Assembly: GCA_036172245.1 (NCBI GenBank)
Contig: JAYWIR010000018.1
Span: 62,001-126,000 of the forward strand
DNA length: 64,000 nt
DNA from: Raillietiella orientalis
Lineage: Eukaryota
Reading direction: 5' to 3'
Under the pieces are notes generated by a model. It made no database searches and was not told the origin of the DNA. It was given only the letters and a program-made list of their open reading frames with translations. The translations under genes were made by a program, and so were the position numbers. How positions within the stretch are numbered: position 1 is the first letter of the stretch; every line of letters starts with the position of its first letter. Shown one piece after another: positions 47,686 to 59,599 of this stretch.

Positions 47686-50559
47686 CGGAAAAACTTACCG
47701 GTACCATCTATTGGTTTCTATTTCTGTCTGCAAGAAGGTGCCGTCTGACTCAAATATTTGTTCTTCTACAATATCAGTTCGCTCCTGTTTGGATGCTGCT
47801 TCTGAATATTGGTTTATAAATATATTCCTGCTCGCATTCCACGATACTCTGATTGTTATCTTAGAATTTCATATGCGAGCGATAAAAACCCATCGATAAA
47901 CCCACCCAGCTCTTGAAGCAAGATAGGATGAGTAATCATAAATATTTATAGAAGTAATTAATGCATAAATATTCGAGCGGGAATGCCGTCAAAATCCCGA
48001 GCCACGAAACGCCAAAAATTCACGCTTTCTCGGGACTATCTTTCATCGGAAAGCGTTTCCCCTCCCCCTTAAAAAAGATGAGCAGAGTCGAGGAGACAAC
48101 CTAGCAGAGCGTAGCATTCGCATCCTCGCTATGGAGCGAGCTATCTCTATTGAAAGCGAATCCAGCGGATACATGGAAACATGCGGCCCAAGGACAATTT
48201 CGCGTGTTTCCTGAAGAACAAGCCAAGCCAAGCCCAAGGGCGGACCCCCTTCCGGGGTGCACCCTATCTTGAAGAATAGCACGCACCTTCCGCGGGTGGC
48301 ATGGAACGGTGTGAAAGAGTCCCATGCGCCGCAAGGTGCGAGACCGGCTCTTGAGGTACTTAGCGAACCAAAAAAAGGAAAACCTGAAAAACCTGAAAAA
48401 AAATGCTGGAAGGGAACAAACAGCGAGGACAGAAAGGAACCCAAACGGATTTCCATCATCCCTAGGCCAATAGTAACGATCTCCTCGTGGGGTCTCTACT
48501 GGCCTTTAAAAAAAAAAAAAAAAAAACCAGCCAAGCAACTAAATCTGGAAGCAACGTGTTTGCTCGGATTTGATTAGGTGCTACACTCTCTAAGAGCTTG
48601 CCGGAACAAAAACGCCTTCCGGCTTCCGAATGCACGGAGGTTAGAGAAGTGTTTCACTTGGAAATGAGCTCCGATGAATGTAACGGAGTGGCAGCTGCAT
48701 CAAATGAGCGAAGGAGCAAAGCGATGCAGGGCCATTTAGAAATAATGACCAAGAGTGCGGGAATCCAATGGTACATCAGGCTCGACTCGGATATCGTGCA
48801 TTTTGCTGCAGAGCAGCGCGAGAGACAAGTTCGTTTAAGCTGAGAAGTTCATCCTGCACGGAAAGAAAGTCACTGCCAGTAGACAAAATGAGGATTACAT
48901 TCATAAGGATTCTGCGAAAGTAGCTTTTGAAAACTCCTGCTCATGAACGAACCGAGTTTCATATTGACGAAACTTTCCGTGTTTCTCTTGACACTGGAAT
49001 CATCGCTGGAGGATTCCAGGCTTAAGTTGTGATCATGGACAGCATTGCTCTCTTCATCCAGGACCAAAAGACATCAGAGAGTTCGAGTCAGTGGCGATGG
49101 TTTCCATCTATTGAAATAAAGCGCCATGTCAAAGCGTGAAGGCGGGTCACAGTGCGTTGGCCTACGTAGGCGGCAGCGTGGCTGCTCTCTCCGACCGTGG
49201 TACCGATCGTTGCGGATTTCAATACCCGTAAAGGATCGGCGCTCCTCCCTGAGGAAGGCGACAAGATGGCCACATCTCTGCCAACAAAAAGAGGAAGTTG
49301 CCAACATCCTCCAGAGGAGGCTGAAGAAGCCAGGAAGAAATCTGTGATCCCTTGCCCCTCCAAACACTTTGAAACAGAAGTTTCGTCTTTTTTTTCGAGT
49401 TTTTGTTTACTCCTTCCCTCACTCCTCCTGTGTGGACCTCATCGGAGAGCTGCTCACGAGAAGCAGAGCCTCTAAGGCACAGACCCAGTCCCATTTGGAG
49501 TCCCCCTTCGGTTGTGAAAATGAAGCCGTCTTCCCCATCCCTCAAAGGGAGATCCTCTATCAAGTACCATGGATCTGGTTGGATTGCCCTAGAGGGTTGC
49601 CTCTCCAGAGTGTAAGAAGCGCGCTGCTTCCTTCGAGGAGCGCCTTCAGAGAAATTTGGAAGTTCCGCGTGCCTTCCTGAGAAGAAATTCAGGAGCGGAT
49701 TCTTTCTTGTGTTTCTTTCAGAGAAGAAATAAGGAGGGGCCCTTTCGGGGGTCTGTCCGGAGGGAATAAAGAAGGTTTTGTTTCGGGATTCCCTACCAAG
49801 AGTAAGAGGAATGGACTCTTTCTTCCGGGGCCTTCCTGGGTTCAGAGGGTACTTCCTCCGAGATTACCCCCTATAACTTGAGTTGCACGCACCTTCAAGT
49901 GGCTTGGGCAGCGTTAAAGAGCTTTGTGGACCCCACCTAAGAAGATGAGCGATTCTTGAGTAATTGGAGAACCAACAAAAGAAAAATCAAAAAGTTCGGC
50001 AGAAAGCTGCGAAAGAGAAAACCCCCCCAAACTTTTCATCATAGCTATGATACTACTCATATATTTTCTAAAAATGTGAGAATTGCAAAAGCCAGCAATC
50101 AAAAGGATCAGCAAGCACTCTCCTTCAGAAGGACAGTCGAACGCTCAACTTACGATCCGTGTTTATCCATGTTTAAAACATCAAGAAAGCTCTTGTAAGT
50201 ACAAAGACGTTTTCATTTCCGGAATCCTTTTTTTCTTCCTCTGTAGCATGCCGCCCTTGTGTAGACAACGTATAGCATCCATCAGCTATTAAACTTGCAG
50301 GACACCATCTAATTGGTCTTATCGTTTCGTCTAATTTGTCGTATCGTATATTCGCATCGTATCTTCACAGAGTATCTTCTGCTATTACAGAGCAGAAAAT
50401 AATAATTCCCCATCTAGTCTTTTTTTGTTTGTCTTGGGCAAAATTTGATTATCGAATACACTTTTCATGATACGGATTACTTCAGATTTACAGATCAGTT
50501 TCAGAGTTATCAACACGAGTACATAGAGAAGCAAAACTAAGTTTGATTTCATGCTCTTG

Positions 50560-51400
50560 CAGAGAACCCGAGAGCCTTGGTAGAAGCGTACGAAGCATTA
50601 AATGTGATGCTTTACTGATGATTGCCCTATGTATCGTGAATGAAATCATCTTAGATCACTTGAAAAGATCTCAAATGATAGGAACGTGCTGTAGCAGAAA
50701 GCGAGATGCCATATATTTCTTGAAGATCCGGGTTCAGATATCTCCCTACTCTCTAAAGTTAATGAAAAGGATGCTCAATATGGCCAGTTGAGCGCAATCA
50801 AGTCCAAACTCTTCAGCCTCGTCGGAGCAAAGGTTCAAGGAAATCCTTCATAAGAGGCAATAAATCTTAATCACTTTAACAAGTCTGGTTGATCATACAT
50901 CCATATCCAGAAACGTACAAAAGAAGAATCAATATGTATAAAAGTAAACTTATGTTCATTAAGGAAACGTTAGCTGCAGTAAATAATGAATCGCATGGAT
51001 GACAGATCTGTGTTAGTCATTTGGGTACAATCTGTCACGTACAATCTATCACATCACGTACACCATGAACAAACTCGAAGAGAAAGCACGGAAGAAGAAA
51101 AATTCAAAACGGAATAGAGTTGTGTTTATCGAACTCCGAAAGACTGAGGTCAGTTACAAGGGGACAAACTGGAGTTACAGCAAGAGAAATCAGAAGACAC
51201 TGTCTCTACTGGAAGATGCAGTAGTAGACAAATGTCCACGGAAGGAAAAAAGGGTTGAGCCTCAAGCCCAGTAGACGCAGTTCGCAGAAATTCTACAGGA
51301 CACGGTCACATGAATCCTCACGAAAAATGCGGGATGAAATGTACCACCTTCACTAAGTGAGGACATCTTTGAAGAACTGCTAAAGGGATTAACGGAATGG
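50560..51400 (+). mobile_element. Degenerate RTE-like LINE 3' remnant
   Basis: IKCDALLMIAL (frameshifted FADD region), KIRVQISPY (GL.IS-like), basic C-terminal stretch. Confidence 0.35.
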
Positions 51401-54400
51401 GAAGTGCCCCTCGTTGCAATGGGAAACCACTAGGAGAAATCACACTAAGAACTCATGGTTGATCTGCAAAGATGCATAGAACGTAAAACTGGGATGAGTA
51501 AGCAAACTCTGGACACGAGTATTGGCACCAATTTACGAAAGAGGAGATGTAGCTCTCCTGAACCACAGTTCTGACAGGAAAACAAAGGTAAAGTGGAAAA
51601 CTTCCTTGTTTTCTTAACCTCTTTCTTTTGTGAGCTGTTGATATAACTACGCCACTGCAGAGTGGGGAGGACGCAGATGAACGCCCGCAGGCGCGCCTGG
51701 GCGCGTGTTCCGGCCTTGTGGACGATGCAAATGAGATTACTGGCAACATTGTAGAGCATTGAGGACACTGAGGACATTGAGGATGGTTGCCGAGCAAATC
51801 GGGATTCAGCAGCACTCTCCCCCGAGGAATGCCATTGCTTGTATTCCTTTCCTTGGATTCCTTAGTTTTACAGGGAATTTCCAGTGCGACGGTTCCGCTT
51901 CGACAGAAAAGAAACCACACCGGGGCAGTAGGAACGAACGACAAGGGACTTCTGGTTGCAATGTGCGCGCCGTCATTCAAGGGGCGCTCACTCTTATCCT
52001 TCGGCCGCGGTCTCACCATAGTGTTGCCCTGTTGTGAGATACACGTCTTTGATAAAGCGTGGCCTTCAAGAAGCAGTAAGGGGAATGTAAGAATAGTACC
52101 TTGTCCTGAAATTTCCAGCAAGATCTTTTCTTTCTCTTTATGAACGAATGACCAGAATGAAACTGGTCAAGGCGTGCATTTGATTGAACACTGGTAACTT
52201 AACGTTGATTTAAAAAAAAAAAAAAAAAAATCATCAAAGGGTGTGGAAAAAACTCGCAGAATCGTCCTGCATCTACTGTGCACATAAAGTCAATTATCTG
52301 TGAATTTTGATGAAGTCTGCCTTCAGCTGAAGGGATTAGAACTTCAGCTCCCCGAATCTGTTGCAGCATATTTTAGAATATTGGAAATTGTCAGCTTTCT
52401 TGGCATGTAAGCTTCCAAGAGTTTGTATTGCGTATTGAATCTTTCTAAATATGAGAGGTGCTATACAGGTTTAATCATCAGTTGCATGAGTGCACAAACA
52501 TGTGGGATGCCCCAGCATTGTAAAAAAAATATCCTAATTCTGGACAGCTTATATCTTGTACAAAGTACTTATATCGGATATGCAAGTCCCTAATTAAGTT
52601 TTCAAAAAATTCTTAGCAGCTAATTAATGTAAACTACTGCAAAAGATTGTTATTAATGCAGCCTTCTTGATGTGATGTTTTGGAGACTCAAATCTCATGT
52701 GTAAATAGGTTCTTCTTCAATGTAATCAGTTGGCATAGTTGAATCAACATAGATTGAATTGAATGACAGGTTCAGAGATTTAAAATTCACAGTTGTAATG
52801 TATGGAAGCCAGCGAAGGATTAAATGATTTCAGGATGCAGTGGAAGATTCTGAATTTTTTTTTTCTTTCAAATTGCAGCATCCCTAAGAACTGTCAAAAG
52901 TGTAGTCTTAATTACATGCTCTTTTACTTGCTGGATGATAGGAATTAGCACATTTTCAAAGATACCCATGGGATAAATATCCTTAAGTATAATGTGTATT
53001 TTGTATTGCATTAAATTTTAATGTTGCTCCACCATTGCTATGTTTTAAGGCTGCACATTTATTTTTCATTGTGTATGTGGAGGTTTTCCTGTGATTCGAT
53101 ATACTACTCAAGACTTTATTTGTTGACATGCACACCTTGTAGCTTACTTGGAAGTACATGTTAAAGTTGTTTTTTAATTGGTGAATCTTTGTTGTGCTTA
53201 GAATTTCATATCATTATAGAATTCGTTTTGCAAAATGGTCAATAGTTAACCCTATTTCTTTATTTCCTTTATACCAATTACTGTAACTCAAGTGCATCTT
53301 TTTTTATGAAAATTATTGGTTGTATTTTAGATCATTTTACACACATTACTTCAGCTTTATTGTTGACTGAACTGGCTACTGTCATTTGATTAGTCAAATA
53401 GATTAGCATGCAATTATCCTTTTGGAAAAGCAGATGTTTGTATTTCAAGGAATGTTTCAGCAACAGGATGGAACCATATTTTGGAGAAACTTAAGCATAA
53501 AAATTCAATGGACATCACTCTTGAGAAAATCAAATATTTAGAAAAGGATTTTTAGTGTAGTCATTAACTAAGAAACAAGAGAAGAAAATGCAGCATACAC
53601 TTGAGATATTGTGTTTGTTTGCAGGAAAGATCCACCTTGGAGTAATTACTTAGCCAATTGCTAATCTCTGCCAATGATTTCTGAGGTGTATAGAACCAAA
53701 AGATGTGAAGTTATAGATTAGCATACAATAGAAACAAGAATGTTGGACGTTGCCATTCATAATGGCTAATTAATGTGTTAAATATAAAGGAAATTTGTGT
53801 TGAGATAGTCTGTTTCTTTGCTATGAGATACAAACCAAAAGAAACTTTAACAGGATTATGGTAATGATAGTTACTAATCAAGTTTATGAGTACTAAAGGC
53901 AATTTAGCCAAGATTTGATTTCAATTTGACTGAGTAAAAAGCATAGATTCAAAACTATCTTGAAGAATTTGAAAAATAACCAAAACAAAGTTATCATTTT
54001 GTTGTCCCTGCTTGGCTCCTATTTTTGTTTGTATGCATTTTATATTCACATTCAGAGTACTATGATAATATAATAACATATACATATATATATTCAGACC
54101 TTGAATTCTGGTAGAGGCTGATTTTTTTCTGTTTTTGTTTTTTCCATTAGGGAACTTATTCGATTGGGTTTTGATTGATTGATAATATTCGGAATAAGGT
54201 AATTACAAGTTTGTGAATCAGACTGAATAGAAATTTTGGTTGGCAAAGTCTTAAGATGTTTGGAATAAGAATACTGTAACTATAAATTTTTACCTAAGAA
54301 GCAAAACATGGAATTTGATTATATAAATATGGCCTGATTTAATGCCTATAGTTGATTGAAATTCTCAAACAGTATGAGTGTATCAAGCTAGCAATACTTA

Positions 54401-55149
54401 GGGTATTTTTGAATTAAGTTTTATAAAAAAAATTAAAGGTAAACATATTGCAGAACATTAATTAGAAATAAACACAGAAACTGCAAGCAAAGCAAAGTTG
54501 ATAATGATGCTATGCCCAGCATGCATTTCTATGCTTGAGGCAATAAATAATTCAAACAGCCAAGCAGACTATGTCTGCCTTCCATCTTGTTTCATCTTTA
54601 AGCAGAATGTGCAGATTTGGTTGAGTTATTTAGGACATGAATTCATGTGGTTTGTTATATTATTTGTTGCTTCTTTGTACTTTTGATCTCATCCTATCTA
54701 CCCTTTTCTTTAAAATCCTGCCAAAAAAAAAAACTGTGAAATCTTTTGTGTTTGAATTGACATGGAAACTGAGATAGGGATGCTTCAAATTTTCACACTT
54801 TCAAATTAAAGCATCATTGAAACTGGTATTACATTGCATTTAGTTTATGATTATTTTCATATAGTTGTCCCTGTTCCTAGGTACAAAAATTATGGTTTTG
54901 GTGTTTGTTGATCATTCCCAGGTCGATGAAAGTGTCTGTATAAAATCAATTTAGCGAAGTTTGTTATTTATTGGAGTTAGGAATTTTTCATCATGCAGCA
55001 TGAGCAAAGAGATCAAAAACTTGAAAAAGATCGTTTTCCAGAATTTCGGCTTTACAGTCACATGCTTATACTTCCAATGCAGTAGGGGTAGGTTGCCGTA
55101 TTTGTATTCAGCAGGAATTTTCAAAGCGGCATCGCATGCTCATTTTGAA

Positions 55150-57800
55150 GTAGCCAATGCATAGTGTGTTTACTGTAAGGGAAGATCGACTTTTGAAAAT
55201 TCCGTTCAAATTATTTGTAAAATGTAGGACAAACAAATGAAACGAAGTCAGGAGCTCTTATTCCCAAGTTCACAAGATACAATTTAAGTGGTCTGAAAAA
55301 TGGATTTATAGAATCAGGTAGGGGCAGTCTGAGTCCTATGCTCCCCGTGTTGGAGCTCGAATATGTAGAGGAATTCTGGCGGTTCCCTCGGTTTCTGTCT
55401 TCCACTCCTGAAATGTTAGGAATGGAAAGCACGCGCGTCGGATCACAAGAACGCACATTTCGTGAGATTCCACAAACGCTCAGCAACTGATGGAGGATCG
55501 ACTACCCCGAAACGAACACCCAGTGAATGCCAACCCGTTAAAAAGTCCGCAGATCATCATCACTGCGATCAGCCATCCAAAGATCTCTTCGAACTGCGGC
55601 GCAACATAGTCGCTTTATTATAAGCTTGACGCTCATTTGGACAGGGCAGTGCTCTCGCTAGCGTTTCCAATCTTTATGTCCACTGTGACAGATTAGGTTC
55701 TAAGCATCGGCGACCTCAGGGATGCAGATTTTCGTTAGTTCTTTGAACGCATATAATCCCTGGACACCGTTCTGTCTCCTCCAGGTTTGCAATCTTTGCA
55801 CTTCTCATCGTATTTTCCTGGATCTGGGAGCACTGCATGGCTTCCCGTATTACACGAAAGACTTCTTCCGGCTCCTTTCGTTTGAAACGTTGTCTTAGGT
55901 CGAAAGGTTACTGAAAATCTTTCGCTTGCTGTACTGCATTTCGGACAAGAAAGTATGTTTACAGCAAGAAACCAAATAAACATAGTATTTGGATTTTGAG
56001 CTCTTCGAACTTTATCCGAACCAAAACAAGATTCATCTTGCATTTTCAAGAGAACGACTCCGCTTATATTGCGGTTCCTCTTGCATAGCTTGAAGGCAAG
56101 TGCTATGAGCTTCTGCAGAGCACAAACTCCAAGCTAAGGACTTGTTCCTTGACAAGACACCGATCTCAGCTTTCTTTGCTGAATGAATGCAAATGTGAGT
56201 GTCGTTTAGGTGGGTGCTTGGCTCCCATGCCAAGGTTTGAGGACAGTCTCTGGTTCCTGGTCCACTTTTCATGAAGAATATCATGGATTTCCAAGGACCA
56301 GCAATGATCCTGCCGCGTCACTGAAGACACGGGCGTGTTGTGTATCGTCCAATCGCGATTGCTGCAAGAGGACCTTCTCTTGCCTCTAAAATCAGAGGAT
56401 CGTTTGCAGCAGGAAACGCTGAAAACGTGGACCCTTCTGGACCCTTTCCGATTCTTGGAGAGTATCGGCAAATCATTGGAAATTTAATGACTCACGTCCT
56501 CCATTGATGGGTAGATGAAGACAAGGATTTTCCCGCAGGGTAGAAGGTGAGGGAGCGGAGAGCGGAGTTTACCAAGGACCAAAGATCCAGTAATTAGTGC
56601 ATAGTGTTCAAGGAGTGCAAGACTGTATCCGTAAGCTGTAAGAATCTCTGTAGCATGCACGCCGCTTATCCATGGGCATCAGCCACTAGTAACCTTCCTA
56701 ACCATGTTTTAAGAATGGAATGAAAATATCGACATTCATTCCTCTGAAGAAACGTGCTACCACGTGGCCCATTCAGAGGACTGTTGGAAGGTCAGCAACC
56801 TAGAAAACAGCGTAAGAGTAACACCATAATGAGTCCTCGTGCTGATTCTTTGTCGCATTCGAAACTCGCTTGCGCTTGGCAATTCCAGTTCGACTGTAGC
56901 CTCTGTCCAGCGGTTGCAATTCAAAATCCGAATGTCACTGTGATGCAGTGACTCTCCACTTGCTCTCGAACTTTAGTTTAAAATTTTCCGACACATCCAT
57001 TTTCATATTCGAAGACGCGTACGGCAGTACATAACCCTGCAGACTTAAAAGTTTGTAAGTCTCAAAGATCTACTAGCAGATAGGAAAGTTCCGATGTACC
57101 CAGCGGTCGTATCATGACCAACATTTTTCTCGCGAAACTTCTGCTACTTTTCAAAATGGAAGGAGTTCAAGAAAAGCCCATTCTACAGATATGTGATGAG
57201 GACCCTTGGAAATGTTACTGAAAAATTCCCTTTTATTCCCGACGAAGAGATGCATTGCTGTAGTCCTGACAAACAGTGCAACAATTTCGTTAGTCACTGG
57301 GAATTGTTTAGGATTCTTCATTGGATATACTGCATCAGGAGGGAATCAAGGCACTCCAAACTTCAGCATGCTAGGCTACGACGCAGTTTCGCTGACATCT
57401 CGACCTCTTGATACAGTGTCTTCTCTTGGCATGCATTTTGAGAGTTAATGTAAAAGAGAGCCAGAAGTAAAAGACCACGGAGTGATTTGGTTTCCAGATT
57501 GCCGTGAACCGGAATGTATTCCTCACCTTGCACCAATGTTTCCCACTTTGTACCTCCAGTGCAACAGAACAAAAGGTATATAGTTTTCACAAACAACCCA
57601 CCATTTGAGCTTTGAAAAAAATCAAAATCGATGTTCCGTTCCTGTAAAGAATGCGAATGAGGGAATCCCGAAAAAGACGATCTAGGATTCTTTCTGAAGT
57701 CGTCCTGAACGTTAAAGTTTCCACGAATTTTCCAAACTCTCATTAAAAAGGAAGGAAACTTCCAGTCATCTTAACAGAAGGTCTTCTCACGGTCTCTGAT
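55150..57800 (-). mobile_element. Degenerate Ty3/Gypsy pol remnant (RT linker to integrase)
   Basis: DAVYPMKNPKQFP (linker), integrase zinc-finger-like ESCFGSDKVRR...W...ILSCPKC, SDYVAPQFEEIF (SDNG.QF-like), GIHW...AERLW. Confidence 0.5.
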
Positions 57801-57899
57801 TCCATTACAAATCCATTACAATTCTAAAATTACTCCCCGAGAATCCCCGCGGTGAGTTCTCAGCAGACAGAAGCCGGCATACGTCCTCGCTCTGAAGGT

Positions 57900-58700
57900 A
57901 ACTACTCACCCATGGAGCTGCTCCACAAGTAGGGGAGCTTTCCGTAATCTTGTGATGCATTCGGAACAGCCACTTTGGTGGAAATTCTGCAAAACGGTTC
58001 GCTTTGTTTGTGCACGCATCAAAGTTCGCGCCAACTTACGAACAAATCGATCTGTAGCATGTAGGAAACCTGAGTACTGCAGGCACTGACACCACGGATC
58101 ACCTCCGAAAGAGGCGGCTGAGCATCTGGTGCTTGCAATGCACAACCAAAGCGTAGACGAGAACGGTGCACCCCGAAAAGGATACTCTGCATCTTGTCTT
58201 CGGAAAAAAGCCAAAAAAAAACGATGTGCGCTGGACTCGAAGAAGAAACAAAAAGAGCGACCCCCGCTGCCATCCACCCAAATCGTGCAGCACACTCCGG
58301 AACTGCAAAAACGGATCCAAGAGAAAAAGGAAAAAAAGGAGAACGTGGAAGAGACAAATATCCATTGAATGCAGCGTTCGGATCGGATGCGTGCCGTCGG
58401 TCGGTGGGAATATCGGAACGGAAATCACTGGCATCACTCTGATTACGCCAATGTCGCTCGGCAAGGTCCGAGGGATACGGCAGGACGACATCCTGAGACC
58501 CTTGCTCTTCAGCACCTACTTCGAGTTGGTGTCGAGGGCGTACAAGGAGACTGCTGCTCCCCATATCCACCCTGGCTTCCACAGTCAAGAATTTCTTCGA
58601 ACTGTTAAACGACGGGGCAGGACTGGAGGTGAACAAGCCGAAATTGTCTATGGTAGCAGTCGGTCTGGTCAGCTGGACTGGATCCGCTGAAGGATCACTA
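57900..58700 (+). mobile_element. LINE RT remnant (RTE/Jockey-like)
   Basis: KVRGIRQDDILRPLLFSTYFE corresponds to the GVRQGD.LSPLLF motif. Confidence 0.55.
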
Positions 58701-59079
58701 CAGTTCGGAATTTAATTACCTCGGTATACTAAGGAGGACTAATCTCCGGCAAAGGTACGGTCCAACTGGCTCCAGAAGTGAGAGTTGGCGATTGGTCCAT
58801 CCCAGGATAGCAGTTTTTTTTTTGCCAGAACGGCCTCAGTGTAGAAAACATTTGTGGCCCCTCTCCTCCACCCCCTGCTTTTTGTTTGTCCCCCACCAAA
58901 CGGTGTGAAGAGACGGACAATGGATTTCCAGAGAATAGCCCTGTGGGGCAAAGGAAGCCCCCGATTCTGCCTGAAGGACTTGTGCGCTCCGCGCCGCGAG
59001 AAAGGCCTCGGCCTCCTGATGCTGGATCACCTGAAGCGGCAGTTACAGTAGAGGACACTTGCCCTAGTAGCGAAGCTTT

Positions 59080-59390
59080 GGAGTATAAACTAAGCGTGCT
59101 TTCGCATCAGCAGCTGTTTTCTTCTCTACGTTGGGTTGATGGTAAACCATTCCCGTGCTTGGCTTTGCAGCGCAGTCATCGGTCCCTTCGAGTCCAACAA
59201 CAGCGAGTGCTCCCTGTGAGCAGCATATGGCAAGTCGTCCCAGTTGGCGGCGATGACTTCAGGTGACAACATTCGATTCGCAGAGTATCGCTTCATCCAC
59301 ACCGCAAGGCTTAATGTCCTAACAATTAGAGGAGCAGCAAGAAGATTGCAAGCCGACCGCCTATGCCGAAGATGCAATTGTTTCTCACCC
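59080..59390 (+). mobile_element. 3' fragment of a Utopia/NeSL-like element (post-RT region and start of the CCHC knuckle)
   Basis: DGKPFPCLA...; GDNIRFAEYRFIHTARLNVLTIRG...RLCRRC matches the RFIHxARLN...CRRC signature of RLE-clade elements. Confidence 0.75.
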
Positions 59391-59599
59391 GGGTGTGCCG
59401 GGGCATTTATTGCTAAAATATCCGGGAGCAGAGTTCCGACAAAGGGCCCAGAAAAACGAAGGGAGGGCTCCCCGACACGCAGGTCGGTAAACCGAAAGTC
59501 CGGAACGGGAGGGAGGGGACCACAAAGACATATTTAAAAGAATATAAATGAAAATATGGTGAGGGTAGGGGACAGGGCTTCGGCCGTTCCTTCCTTTCA

